This document shows, one piece after another, positions 10,428 to 20,619 of a DNA stretch of 64,000 nucleotides. The position numbers were made by a program, and so were the translations under genes. The stretch is from Infirmifilum sp. (GTDB lineage Archaea > Thermoproteota > Thermoprotei > Thermofilales > Thermofilaceae): positions 128,001 to 192,000 of the forward strand of contig JBEULP010000117.1 of the NCBI GenBank assembly GCA_041287245.1, written 5' to 3'. How positions within the stretch are numbered: the stretch's first letter is position 1; every line of letters begins with the position of its first letter. The notes beneath the pieces are model-generated. The model was not told the DNA's origin and searched no databases. It was given only the letters and a program-made list of their open reading frames with translations.

Positions 10428-13400
10428 TTACTGCCCCTTTAGCCTCTTTATTCCAATTCTAACCTTTGCATCTCCAATTTCCCAGTCCTGTACAAGGTCG
10501 CCTTCCACAAGTGCCACGTTATCTAAAAACTTAAAGTATCTTGATCTGCTCTCGGATTTAAGATATTCCTGGTAGTCTCTCACAAGAGAGGCAAGATCCT
10601 GAGGGATATAAACCTCAGTGTCTATATACTCTTCTACGTTGAGGCTGAGTTTTTTACGCATGAATTGTATTCTTCTGAGTATGTCACGCGCTAAGCCCTC
10701 GCCTAGTTCCTTTTCGCTTATGTTCAGGTCTAGAACGATTGTACCCCACGGAAGTTTTTCACCATCATAACCACTCTTCCAAACCTCGGATATTTTCACC
10801 ATGTTGCTAGTAACGTGGAAGATATTCCCACCTATTTCAATATCAATATATCCCTTTTCAAGGAGAGCTTTAGCCACGATTTCACCCCTGTTAACAAGCT
10901 CTTCAACGATTCTAGGAGTATATGTTTTAAATACAGGGCCCAGCTGCTGGTATAATGGCTCTACTCTGAAGGTTTGATACTCAGTGAGGCTTTTTTCAGG
11001 CGAGACGATAATTTTCTTTACGTTGACCTGCGAAGATATCACGCGTTCAAAAGTCTTCACGGAATCTGCTACACTTGGATCAGAAGTGAAGATGTAGACT
11101 GCAGGGAGCGGCTGTCTTATTTTCAAATTATTTCTCATTCTGAGAGCTAATACCCTCTCAACGATCTCTCGCGCTAGCTGCATTTTCCTCTCAAGCTCAG
11201 GGTCAATAAGTTCTTCACGAGTAACCGGCCAAGAAAACATGTGTATACTTGGAGGCGACCCGTCATTCCGGAAAGACTCTAGATATATCCTCTCGGTTGT
11301 AAAGGGTATTATGGGGGACGAGATTATAAGGAGTTTTTGCAGTACATAGGCTAGGGTCGCATAAGCCGCCAGCTTAGACTCTGACTCCTCCTCTATCCAC
11401 ACCCGCGGACGAATAACTCTGACATACCAGTGGCTCAGGTCTTCAACAACAAACTCTCGTATCTGCTTTACAGCTCTGTAAATATTAAGTTCTTCAAAAG
11501 CCTTTGTAACATCACGTACTATGCTTTCAAACCTCGAGAGTAACCACTTATCTTCAACTTCCAGCTTCTCGCGAAGGTTATCGATGGTGTATCTCGAAGG
11601 GTCGAAATTATCAATACTCATGTAAAGGGTTGCAAAATAGTAAACATTCCAGAAGATGTTTAGATCCGAGTAAACCTCGTCCAAGCCTTTCCAAGAAAAC
11701 TTGAGGTCTTCCCACGTAGTCGTACGCAGTACAAACCATCGGAACACGTCGCGGGAGCCGAACTTATATTCGAGAACCTGTCTTGGCTCGACATAGTTTC
11801 CTAGTGATTTATGCATCTCTCGTCCCTGTTCATCCAGGGCGAAACCGTGCATGAGCACACGACGATAAGGTGACTGGTTAAAAGTAATAATACCAGACCT
11901 TAGAAGAGAAAAGAACCACCCAGCTATCTGATCATGCCCCTCTATTACGAGGTCGACAGGCCAGAGTCTTTCTAGTTTATCCCTATTTTTCGGGTATCCG
12001 AGGCTAGCATAAAAGGCTACTCCCGAATCAAGCCAGACGTCAAGCACGTCTGGGACTCTCTTCATTGTACCGCCGCATCTGGGGCATTTGAGCTCCACCT
12101 TGTCTATCCATGGTCTGTGGAGGTCCTGTAGCTCTAGTTTTTGCCCGGAAAGTTTCTCCAGCTCTTCCCTCGAGCCTACAACTATCTTCTCACCGCAGCT
12201 TTGACATACCCATATTGGAGCCGGAGTCCCCCAGTACCTCTGGCGTGAGATTATCCAGTCCCTTAAGCCGCTTAGCCAGTTTTTGAAGCGCGCATAGCCG
12301 GCCCACTCCGGTATCCACTCGACTTTTTCAGCTTCCTCGAGAAATTTTTCCTTCAGCTGGGTTACACGTATAAACCACTGTTGAGTACCTCGCAGCACTA
12401 AAGGTGTCTTACAGCGCCAACAGACAGGGTATCTGTGTCTAATTAGGCCGGCATGCAAAAGGAATCCTTTTCTTCTAAGATCCTCTACAATTACAGGGTT
12501 TGCTTCTCGAGTGCTAAGGCCAGAGTATTTTCCGGCGCCAGTTGTTAGTCTTCCCTTCTCGTCTACAAGGACAACCACTGGAAGAGAATATCTAAGTCCT
12601 ACAATGAAGTCTTCTTCGCCATGTCCGGGAGCGCAGTGAACAAGACCAGTGCCTTCCTTCGCTGAAACATATTCTTCAGATAGGACGATTCTATGAACAC
12701 CGGCCAGCTCCTTCTGAACATTAACTTCCTCGAATAAGGGATGAGCATATTGGAGCCCCTCAAGGTCTTTTCCCTTGACTGCGCTTATTACCCTGTAATC
12801 TTTTACCCCCACCTCCTTCATCACCTCATCAACTCTATCCTTGGCTAAGAGGAGTTGTTCTCCTCCTATATCCACCCAAACATAATCGAGGTTAGGGTTA
12901 GCCATTACAGCTACATTCGCAGGTAGGGTCCAAGGTGTAGTCGTCCATACGAGTATAAACTTCTTCTCTTCTTCAAGTAAGGGAAATTTGACATATATCG
13001 AGGGGTCTTCGAGCTCTGTATACTCTGTAACCTCGTAGTCCGCAAGAGTTGTCTCACAACGTGGACACCAATGTACTACCTTCAACCCGTAGTCTAGAAG
13101 CCCTGCCTCGTCAGCCTTTTTTACAAGCCACCAGGCACCTTCGATGTAATCATCATCCATGGTACGGTAAGGGTTATCCCAATCCATCGAGACTCCAAAC
13201 TCTCTGAAAAATGAGTTGAGAGAAGCTATATTCTCGGATACGAATCGCTTGCACTCTCGGATGAATTTTTCAACCCCAAAATCCTCGATGTCCTTTTTAG
13301 TCTTAAAACCAAGGCGTTTTTCAATTTGGACTTCAATTGGTAGACCGTGGCAGTCGTAACCAGGCTGGTCGTGAACGCTATAACCTTTAGCCCTGTAAAA

Positions 13401-13619
13401 GCGGATTACAGCATCCTTTAAAATCTTATTCCATAACGTTCCTACGTGGGGGGTACCGCTTGAAGCATACGGGGGCCCATCCAGGAAATAGAACTTTGGC
13501 TTGCCACGGGATTGATCACGGATCACGTCATAAACCTTGCCCTTATACCAATAGTCTAGAACTTCCACCTCGTATTTCTTTGGGTTAAACTCTTGCGTTA
13601 GAGGTCTAACTCTACTCAT
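10428..13619 (-). CDS. ileS: Isoleucyl-tRNA synthetase
   Basis: DGPPYASS..PHVG (HIGH), GYDCHGLPIE, WTTTPWTLP, GTGLVH.AP, DWIISRQRYWG, EMHKSLGN (KMSKS). ATG at 13619 follows a GGTGG RBS. Confidence 0.97.
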   Translation of the reverse strand: MSRVRPLTQEFNPKKYEVEVLDYWYKGKVYDVIRDQSRGKPKFYFLDGPPYASSGTPHVGTLWNKILKDAVIRFYRAKGYSVHDQPGYDCHGLPIEVQIEKRLGFKTKKDIEDFGVEKFIRECKRFVSENIASLNSFFREFGVSMDWDNPYRTMDDDYIEGAWWLVKKADEAGLLDYGLKVVHWCPRCETTLADYEVTEYTELEDPSIYVKFPLLEEEKKFILVWTTTPWTLPANVAVMANPNLDYVWVDIGGEQLLLAKDRVDEVMKEVGVKDYRVISAVKGKDLEGLQYAHPLFEEVNVQKELAGVHRIVLSEEYVSAKEGTGLVHCAPGHGEEDFIVGLRYSLPVVVLVDEKGRLTTGAGKYSGLSTREANPVIVEDLRRKGFLLHAGLIRHRYPVCWRCKTPLVLRGTQQWFIRVTQLKEKFLEEAEKVEWIPEWAGYARFKNWLSGLRDWIISRQRYWGTPAPIWVCQSCGEKIVVGSREELEKLSGQKLELQDLHRPWIDKVELKCPRCGGTMKRVPDVLDVWLDSGVAFYASLGYPKNRDKLERLWPVDLVIEGHDQIAGWFFSLLRSGIITFNQSPYRRVLMHGFALDEQGREMHKSLGNYVEPRQVLEYKFGSRDVFRWFVLRTTTWEDLKFSWKGLDEVYSDLNIFWNVYYFATLYMSIDNFDPSRYTIDNLREKLEVEDKWLLSRFESIVRDVTKAFEELNIYRAVKQIREFVVEDLSHWYVRVIRPRVWIEEESESKLAAYATLAYVLQKLLIISSPIIPFTTERIYLESFRNDGSPPSIHMFSWPVTREELIDPELERKMQLAREIVERVLALRMRNNLKIRQPLPAVYIFTSDPSVADSVKTFERVISSQVNVKKIIVSPEKSLTEYQTFRVEPLYQQLGPVFKTYTPRIVEELVNRGEIVAKALLEKGYIDIEIGGNIFHVTSNMVKISEVWKSGYDGEKLPWGTIVLDLNISEKELGEGLARDILRRIQFMRKKLSLNVEEYIDTEVYIPQDLASLVRDYQEYLKSESRSRYFKFLDNVALVEGDLVQDWEIGDAKVRIGIKRLKGQ

Positions 13620-13755
13620 ACAAACCACCTGAAGGTTTCAATAAATTAAAACCTACTGCTATGGCTTTACGAGAAGAAGCAGTAGTGCTTGCGAACCAAG
13701 TCTTCAAATTTGGCGGTGCATATCACCTACCATATTATTGTCTAAGACCACTACT

Positions 13756-14556
13756 TTATTTGCTTTTCTTTAATAGCCACATCGAGAGGAAGTACAGTCC
13801 CAAAAATGGAACACCAAGTGCTATAGCGCTAGTAGGCGTGGGATCCGGGGTTATTACGACTAAAAAGGCTAACGTGAAGAAAAATACATACTGCCAATTT
13901 TTCCGTAGCATCTCATAGGTCAACATGCCTATTTTTCCTAGTGTGAGGACGGCGAGTGGCATCATGAAGAATACACCCACAGCTAAGGAGCCTATGAACA
14001 CGTTCTGGTAGAAATCTTTGATAGAGAAGAGGGGGGCAGCACCTACGAGCTGAGTAATCCATAATGCTACTAGGAACGTTAAAGGCAGTACAATTAGAAA
14101 GCCGTAGGCAAAGCCTAACATAAAGAGAATTGCGATGGAAGCGAAAAGTTTTTTAACGTTTCTCTTCTCGTGCGGGTGGAGCCCTGGTTCCAGGAATTTA
14201 TATACTAGGTACAGGGTTATCGGCATTGAAAATACAATAGCTGTAAGTGCAGCCATTATTAGGGCTGCAGTCAGCGAGTCAAACCATCCGTGAGAGATAA
14301 GCATAATATTAGAGCTATTTACTCGCAGAGCATTGTATAGAGAGGATAGTATAGGGTGTTTCTCGTACGAGAACATAAACTGTTTAGTTATATTCATAAG
14401 ATAAAAGGTCACAGGAATATACTCTGGAAGAAGATGAGGGGTAGGAAAAACTAGCAAAAACAGTATGATTGAAACCCATAGAATCAGGATTTTTCTTATG
14501 GTTTCAAGTAGCTCGTAAGCATGCTCCATAAGGGGCTTTTCCCGAGTCTCCGTCAT
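13756..14556 (-). CDS. tatC: Sec-independent translocase subunit TatC
   Basis: PLMEH..EL, F..PGL.PHE, ITPDPTP, six TM helices. Confidence 0.88.
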   Translation of the reverse strand: MTETREKPLMEHAYELLETIRKILILWVSIILFLLVFPTPHLLPEYIPVTFYLMNITKQFMFSYEKHPILSSLYNALRVNSSNIMLISHGWFDSLTAALIMAALTAIVFSMPITLYLVYKFLEPGLHPHEKRNVKKLFASIAILFMLGFAYGFLIVLPLTFLVALWITQLVGAAPLFSIKDFYQNVFIGSLAVGVFFMMPLAVLTLGKIGMLTYEMLRKNWQYVFFFTLAFLVVITPDPTPTSAIALGVPFLGLYFLSMWLLKKSK

Positions 14557-14629
14557 ACCTGCGTAACACCACAACTTAGAGGTTAAATTTATATTAATCT
14601 AAGGGCTAAATAAAACCTGGTGACAGCGT

Positions 14630-14869
14630 TTGGCAAAAATTAGAGTCACGATAGATCGTGACCAGTGTATTAGCTGTATGGCCTGTGTCAGCCTTTGCCC
14701 TGAGGTCTTCGAAATGAGCGAAGAAGACGGAAAGAGTCAGATTGTAGCGAAGTTTAGAGTTGGCGGGAACCCCGGGCAAGGCGAAGTCCCCGTTGATCTA
14801 GAAGAATGCGTTAAAAGTGCTGCTGAGGCGTGCCCAGTATCCATCATTCATGTTGAGAAAGTTGAATAA
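14630..14869 (+). CDS. Ferredoxin (single 4Fe-4S cluster)
   Basis: CISCMACVSLCP ... ACPVSII. GGTGA RBS precedes the TTG start. Confidence 0.93.
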   Translation: MAKIRVTIDRDQCISCMACVSLCPEVFEMSEEDGKSQIVAKFRVGGNPGQGEVPVDLEECVKSAAEACPVSIIHVEKVE

Positions 14870-14890
14870 CTAGTCTGTCCAGCTGCTTTT

Positions 14891-16399
14891 TTATCCGTGA
14901 AAAACGCTCTCGCTTTTAGCAGCTTCTATTCCACGTTGAACCCGTTGCTGAAGGAAATAAATTAAAACTCCTATGGCTAAACCTATGACTAGAATAAGAA
15001 GTGTAAAGTTGTTTCCTTTTCCTATTAGAGGTGGGCTAGTACTTGCCGGAGCCTGCCAATCTCGGATGTTTCTAAATCCCCAGCCTCTGAACAAGGGAGC
15101 CAGGTTTTTTCCCGCAGCCGTACTCAACACGTATACGATATCATCATTGGAAGTCACCTTTCCGTAGTTTTTAAGAGCTGTGAAAACCTTCTCGAGGTAG
15201 ACTTTTCCGCCAAATGTTGAGGTTAGGTTGTTTATTATGAAGAAGCTCGCTAGATACGCGTCCCCAACCATTTCAGGATCTTGGGGCCAGTGTTGAATAA
15301 ATGAAAAATTACCTCCAGTGTAACTGTACAAGCTTTCAGAGGCATTTAATAGCTCTGCTCTTAGATCTGAGACATTATAACCAAGCCCCTCCGCGATGTT
15401 GAGAGAGAGATACTGAGCCAACCCCTCGTGAAACCATCGTGTCTCATCATTAGCTTCAACGCCAGCCTTACCGAGAAAAGCATGAACCATTTCATGTATA
15501 ACTGTCGTTTCCAGATACCCCGGTGCGTATCTTATTAAACCAAGATTCAACATTATCGGGCCCTTTCCCCCTGCGTTTACATCTTCTCCCATTATGAAGC
15601 CAAGGGTACTAATCCCACCAAGGCTTTGCTTGGGAAGGTAGAACTCGAATATAATACTGGGGAGGGAGACACCGATTAATGTCGTAAGGTTTTGGTATGC
15701 TCTAGACGAAACCTCGAGCACTCGTTCAGACAGTTTTTTGTAGTATGGAGGGGACTCGATGATTAGCGATGTATTACCAATGTTCCTGGTGTAATTTACA
15801 GGGGAAATAGGTATAATTGTCGTGTATTCTATGACAACACGCCCAGGAATGAGGGAGGGACTATTAGGTTTGACAACATACATTCTGTAACCGTTTTTAT
15901 CTATCCCGGTGGAGGTGGGAGACTCAAGTGAAACCTTTTCCAAACCAGGAATCCTAACGAAAACCTCTACGGGTATTGGCGGTGAAGCGACAAGCATTGG
16001 CGTCATAAACCACCCCTGTTTCCCCGCCAACAGGCTAGCATATGGAAAATTGTAACAGAGGGATAAGATGGATGTGCCGTTCTCTCCAGGAATAAGGGTG
16101 ATTGACGAGTTATAGTAGAAGTAAGCTGAGGAGGGAGAATTGGTTATATAATAGCTTCCATAGGCCTCGCAAATAGTATAGTTTTCAAATCTTGGAAGAG
16201 TAAAATACATGCTTGAACGACCTGTAACCTTAAAGGATATTTTTACAGTAGCATTCCCATTTTCATCCACATTTATAATAGCCTTTATCTCTGGAACAGG
16301 TTGAGCCATAGCGAGGTTAAATATAGGCGTCGCTGACAGAAAAACAAGAATTAAAATAAGTAGTGTAAAAAGCTCTTTCAGGAACCCTCTTCTCAACAT
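14891..16399 (-). CDS. Exported, C-terminally anchored gluzincin metallopeptidase (peptidase MA-like)
   Basis: N-terminal RRGFLK plus hydrophobic signal, HEMVH...WFHEGLAQY, C-terminal TM helix. Confidence 0.8.
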   Translation of the reverse strand: MLRRGFLKELFTLLILILVFLSATPIFNLAMAQPVPEIKAIINVDENGNATVKISFKVTGRSSMYFTLPRFENYTICEAYGSYYITNSPSSAYFYYNSSITLIPGENGTSILSLCYNFPYASLLAGKQGWFMTPMLVASPPIPVEVFVRIPGLEKVSLESPTSTGIDKNGYRMYVVKPNSPSLIPGRVVIEYTTIIPISPVNYTRNIGNTSLIIESPPYYKKLSERVLEVSSRAYQNLTTLIGVSLPSIIFEFYLPKQSLGGISTLGFIMGEDVNAGGKGPIMLNLGLIRYAPGYLETTVIHEMVHAFLGKAGVEANDETRWFHEGLAQYLSLNIAEGLGYNVSDLRAELLNASESLYSYTGGNFSFIQHWPQDPEMVGDAYLASFFIINNLTSTFGGKVYLEKVFTALKNYGKVTSNDDIVYVLSTAAGKNLAPLFRGWGFRNIRDWQAPASTSPPLIGKGNNFTLLILVIGLAIGVLIYFLQQRVQRGIEAAKSESVFHG

Positions 16400-16489
16400 A
16401 CTTATTCGTTTACATGAAACAACATCATATTAATTAGCCTATTCCGTTTCTACAGAGAATCCTTAGCGATGAAATACATGTGAGGAGAC

Positions 16490-17155
16490 ATGGTAGGAAT
16501 TAGCGACATAGGAGCCTCCTGTACCAGGATATTGATATGCTCTGACCTTCACTGTAGATCCGGGAGGCATTGCTACCAATTTAAGCTGATAATTGAAGCT
16601 CTACTCCATTTGAAAGGCGACTGCTTAGTTATTGCAGGGGATCTATTTGAAGATCTTCACTATCATATTAACAACACCAGGTTTATCCAGGAGCTTCAAA
16701 AGCTAGGTTTTCCAGAAAATCCCAACTTTGAAACTGTATTTACGCCCAGCTTTTCTTCACATGACCCGCTACTTAATGAAGGAAGCATCAGTGTTGGAAG
16801 CGGAAATATACACGTCAGAAGAGTTGCAAGGATAAATACCGGAGAAGAAAAAATAGTTGTGACGCATGGTGATATTATTTTGCCAAATGGTGCGGCGGCC
16901 TACCTCGTCAACCGAATTGGAAATATTCTTGGGAAGAAACTACTGCTCGAAGATAAATTAAAGCATAAAATTGGAGTCAGAGACGAGTGGTTTGTAATGG
17001 GGCACACTCACATTCCGGGTTTAGACCCTCTCCGTAAGCTGGGTAATCCGGGGTCGTGGAAGTTCGAATGGAGGGGGGGCGTCCCTTACTGGAGAAAACC
17101 CACAAGAACCTTTCTTTTCTATAATAGTAAACGTTTTAGGCTGCTGAGGTTGTAA
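16490..17155 (+). CDS. Calcineurin-like metallophosphoesterase
   Basis: SDLH, AGDLFE, SHD, THGD, GHTH, NPGSW. Confidence 0.85.
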   Translation: MVGISDIGASCTRILICSDLHCRSGRHCYQFKLIIEALLHLKGDCLVIAGDLFEDLHYHINNTRFIQELQKLGFPENPNFETVFTPSFSSHDPLLNEGSISVGSGNIHVRRVARINTGEEKIVVTHGDIILPNGAAAYLVNRIGNILGKKLLLEDKLKHKIGVRDEWFVMGHTHIPGLDPLRKLGNPGSWKFEWRGGVPYWRKPTRTFLFYNSKRFRLLRL

Positions 17156-17162
17156 GAAACAT

Positions 17163-17888
17163 GTGAGCTACTATCATCCACTTTCGAAGAAACCATATCA
17201 CGTGTTGGCTAAACCGGGGGATATTGCGGAGCGCGTAATAGTCTCAGGGGATCCTAACAGGGTTGAAAAAGCCTCAACAATGCTGGAAAACAAAAGAGTT
17301 GTAAACACATATAGAGGTTTCCTGGTGATCACCGGGGAGTACAAGGGGAAGAGCATTACACTAGCCACACACGGTATCGGCGCACCTTCCGCAGCAATAG
17401 TTTTTGAAGAACTAGCAATGCTGGGTGCGAAAACAATAATTAGGGCTGGCACATGCGGGGCTCTAAAGAGGGAGGCTGGGATCGGAAGTATAGCCATTAT
17501 CGAGGCATCTGCATACACACCTGGAGGTACGCTTGGAATGTATTTTCCAGGGATAGCTTTCCCTGCCTATTCGACGCCCGAGGTTGTTATACAGCTGGAA
17601 AAAGCAGCTAAAGAGCTAGGCATACGCTACTTTAGAGGAATGGCACTCTCTCATGATGCCTTCCACATGGTTGAGCGTAAAGCCCCGGAATGGGGCTCGT
17701 TAGGAATAGACGTGCTTGAGATGGAATCGGCTGTTCTTTTCGCCTTGGGAAAATTAAGGGGATTTAAGACAGGTGCTTTGGCACTAGTTGTCGATAACAT
17801 GTCAACTGGAGAAGAACTTACACATGAGAAAGAGCGTCTGGAGTTATTAATGGTTAAGACTGCACTGGAGGCGATCATCGCAGTTTAA
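17163..17888 (+). CDS. Purine nucleoside phosphorylase (DeoD/NP-I family)
   Basis: GDPNR, HGIGAPSAAI.FEEL, IRAGTCG, EMESA. Confidence 0.9.
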   Translation: MSYYHPLSKKPYHVLAKPGDIAERVIVSGDPNRVEKASTMLENKRVVNTYRGFLVITGEYKGKSITLATHGIGAPSAAIVFEELAMLGAKTIIRAGTCGALKREAGIGSIAIIEASAYTPGGTLGMYFPGIAFPAYSTPEVVIQLEKAAKELGIRYFRGMALSHDAFHMVERKAPEWGSLGIDVLEMESAVLFALGKLRGFKTGALALVVDNMSTGEELTHEKERLELLMVKTALEAIIAV

Positions 17889-17907
17889 GAATAAAAAGGG
17901 TCTCCAA

Positions 17908-18489
17908 ATGTATGAAAGATGGGAGGAGCTACGTCGGAGGGCTATCCAGCAGCTGGAAGAGCATAAAAAAGATGGGAGAGTGGATAACGACATCATATGG
18001 CTCTTAGACCTAATTAATTCTACCGAAGAGTATTATACTACGAGTAGTTGTAGCGGCAGAATCCAGGTTTCAGCTGGACTACACCCCGGAGAAAAAGGAA
18101 AAATACGGATACTGGCTAAATGGCATAGGACGATAGAAGCCTATGAACTAAGGCATGTTATAGCAGCATCGAGCGAGGAAAACATCTGGTTTTCCGTGCA
18201 TCCCCCAATTTTTCACATAGCTGCTCGGGATTTAAAAGCAGCGAAAAGACTACTTGTCGTAGCTCGAAATTCTGGCTTTAAACACAGTGGTATTCAAGGT
18301 CTCAAGAAAAGAATAATCGTAGAGATAATGTCTATGGAAAAAATCGAAACTCCACTAAAGCTTAATGGTCGTTTGATAATAGACTATAACTCCTATGAGC
18401 TCCTCTTAAATGTAGCCAATCTATTATTATTACGCGGTAAGGAACGCCTCTCAAGACTAGCTTTAGCCTTCAAAAAGAGTTTTGGGTAA
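17908..18489 (+). CDS. taw3: tRNA wyosine-derivative methyltransferase Taw3 (TYW3)
   Basis: YYTTSSCSGRI, KWH, PPIFH, A..SGFKHSG. Confidence 0.9.
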   Translation: MYERWEELRRRAIQQLEEHKKDGRVDNDIIWLLDLINSTEEYYTTSSCSGRIQVSAGLHPGEKGKIRILAKWHRTIEAYELRHVIAASSEENIWFSVHPPIFHIAARDLKAAKRLLVVARNSGFKHSGIQGLKKRIIVEIMSMEKIETPLKLNGRLIIDYNSYELLLNVANLLLLRGKERLSRLALAFKKSFG

Positions 18490-18566
18490 GTTACTACATA
18501 AATTCTTTTCATGTCAATCCAGAGGAGATCACAAATGTTAGGCTTTCCTTATTATTTGCATTGATT

Positions 18567-18956
18567 TCAACTGTGGCAAGGGAAAAACTTGCAGGTTCTA
18601 CAGCCACATCGTTGAAGAGTTCCTTCCAGCTCAAGGATTTCTCTACTATGAGCCTTAACATATAGAATTTCAACGCATTTTCCCTCAGATGAGTGGAAGT
18701 GGTGTCGGCTAACTATAACATTTTTCCACTCTTCAAGAGAGGATTGTATCTTTTCATGAGTAATAGGTCCGTAGTTAAGGATCATGACACCTTCACACTC
18801 ATGTGGAGATAAGAAGTGGAATTTCTCGTTGATAAAATCCTGTACTGCTAGATTAATAATGTATGACCTGTTTGTGTCTGTAGCCTTAGCTATTCTATCT
18901 ACTTCTTCGGCGAGTTTCGCATCTAGACTAATACCGAAGCGCGCCTTCATGCTCAA
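18567..18956 (-). CDS. NikR-family RHH metal-responsive regulator
   Basis: N-terminal RHH (RFGISL...NRS..I), C-terminal HHFH..C.E metal site. Last gene of the ABC operon. Confidence 0.85.
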   Translation of the reverse strand: MSMKARFGISLDAKLAEEVDRIAKATDTNRSYIINLAVQDFINEKFHFLSPHECEGVMILNYGPITHEKIQSSLEEWKNVIVSRHHFHSSEGKCVEILYVKAHSREILELEGTLQRCGCRTCKFFPCHS

Positions 18957-19756
18957 CCTCTATCACCCGACGTGTAAAGGCTTACCAGGTAAATTGTAAC
19001 TAAAACTAGCCCGAAGGCTGCCGACGGGGCAAGGTTGACGGCGACGGCAACAAAAAGACCTAGAATACCGGACAGGAGGGCACTTGCTATGCTAATCCAT
19101 AGCATTTCATGGGAGTTGCGCGCAACGGTCAAGGCTATCGCCGAGGGGAGTAACATCACAACATGTTCAATGACAAATCCTACAATCCTGAGCAGGCTTA
19201 CACTAGCGACTGTTAGCAGGGTTATTACAAGATAGTCGTGGAATCTCACATTTATACCATTAAGCTGTGCATACTCTCTGTCTACTCCGATCATAACCTC
19301 CTTTTCATATATTAAGATGCAAAGAGCTGTCAGTGTAAGAGAAATGATTGCGGCTTTAACAACGTCTTCCCAGGCTACGAGGAGCGGGTCACCTAATATG
19401 TATGACCAAAGACTCACCTGCGATGGAAACATTGTTAGGATATAATAGAGCGATGCCACACTAGCACTAGTTGTAAATGCCACGAAGACCGAAGTAGCCG
19501 TGTTCTCGTCGACGCCCCTCTGAATCAAAAACGTTTGAAGATATGACAAAGGCACACTTATGAGAATAGCCCAAAATGCGGGGTCTCCTTTTAACAAGTA
19601 TGAAGCGAGATACCCCAAAGAGACTGAAAGTAATGCTGAATGCGGTAAAGAAGAAGCAAAGAAGTTTAATCTCCTCGCTGTAATAATCGGGCTTAAGGCA
19701 CTAAAAGCTAGAGAAGATGAAACTATTACTATAACCCAGCTAGGATCAATAAACAT
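18953..19756 (-). CDS. Zn/Mn ABC transporter permease (ABC-3/ZnuB family)
   Basis: LPHSAL, YILGD.L, D.EYA...G.NV, multiple TM helices. Confidence 0.9.
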   Translation of the reverse strand: MFIDPSWVIVIVSSSLAFSALSPIITARRLNFFASSLPHSALLSVSLGYLASYLLKGDPAFWAILISVPLSYLQTFLIQRGVDENTATSVFVAFTTSASVASLYYILTMFPSQVSLWSYILGDPLLVAWEDVVKAAIISLTLTALCILIYEKEVMIGVDREYAQLNGINVRFHDYLVITLLTVASVSLLRIVGFVIEHVVMLLPSAIALTVARNSHEMLWISIASALLSGILGLFVAVAVNLAPSAAFGLVLVTIYLVSLYTSGDRG

Positions 19757-19766
19757 TTTTCATCAC

Positions 19767-20519
19767 CTATGCGATAACATGGAGGCATTTTTCTATAAGG
19801 AGAATGTTTTCACCGTATGCTTTGCGGAGAAGTTCGAGTCTAAAGACATCGCTGGGTGAACCGATTGCTTTTATACCTCGGTTAAAGACTAAGACTTTCC
19901 TACTTATCTTAACCGTTAAAACAGGGTCATGAGTTGTTATTAGTAGCATTTTTTTACTGCTTAGCTCGTTGACGATGTTTACTATTTCATCACGCCCCCT
20001 TGGATCTATACCTGAGAAAGGCTCATCAAGTAAGAGAATAGGGGTCTCGCGTGCAAGAGCTCTTGCAATCAATATTCTCTGTAGCTGTCCACCGCTGAGA
20101 GAACTCACCTTTTTATCAGCAAAGTCTTTGGCTTTGACTAAAGAAAGGTAATAGTCGACACGCCTAGAAACATTGTTATCTCTAATTCGCCTTCCGAATT
20201 TAAGAGAGCTCTCTATAAGTTCTCGACCTGTTACCGGATAATTGTAATCCATATTGGAGAGCTGCGGTACATAGCTCATATATTTTCCAGCATCAAGAGG
20301 GTTTCCAGTTACGTCTACCCCGTTGACTAGCACTTTTCCCTTTAAAGGTTTTAACAAACCGAGAAGCACTTTGAAAAAAGTAGTTTTTCCAGATCCGTTG
20401 GGACCTAGAATAGTATAAAGGCCGTATCCCTCAAGGGTGAAATTTTCGTCTCTTAGGATCACATCTGAGTTGTATGCAAAACTTAGGTTAATTCCTTCTA
20501 ACGTTATATTCTCGTGCAT
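19767..20519 (-). CDS. Zn/Mn ABC transporter ATP-binding protein
   Basis: GPNGSGKTT, YVPQ, LSGGQ, LLLDEP, THD, C-terminal C-x-H. Confidence 0.93.
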   Translation of the reverse strand: MHENITLEGINLSFAYNSDVILRDENFTLEGYGLYTILGPNGSGKTTFFKVLLGLLKPLKGKVLVNGVDVTGNPLDAGKYMSYVPQLSNMDYNYPVTGRELIESSLKFGRRIRDNNVSRRVDYYLSLVKAKDFADKKVSSLSGGQLQRILIARALARETPILLLDEPFSGIDPRGRDEIVNIVNELSSKKMLLITTHDPVLTVKISRKVLVFNRGIKAIGSPSDVFRLELLRKAYGENILLIEKCLHVIA

Positions 20520-20535
20520 AATCCCTCAATAAAAC

Positions 20536-20561
20536 TTATATAAATGTGCACATTTATATAA
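20536..20561. promoter_or_regulatory. Perfect 26-bp palindrome containing back-to-back TATA boxes; probable operator of the divergent metal-ABC promoter
   Basis: TTATATAAATGTG|CACATTTATATAA. The core ATGTGCACAT recurs at 20618-20627, and ATGTGCATA occurs at 20586-20594. Confidence 0.75.
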
Positions 20562-20619
20562 TTTGCTCCTATATGACATACAGATATGTGCATAAAATTT
20601 GTAAATCAGCCGGGGTGAT

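Noticed and set aside
13653..13685. Inverted repeat CTACTGCT-N17-AGCAGTAG between tatC and ileS
   Set aside because: An 8-bp stem with a long loop and no U-tract or sRNA boxes; function is unsupported.
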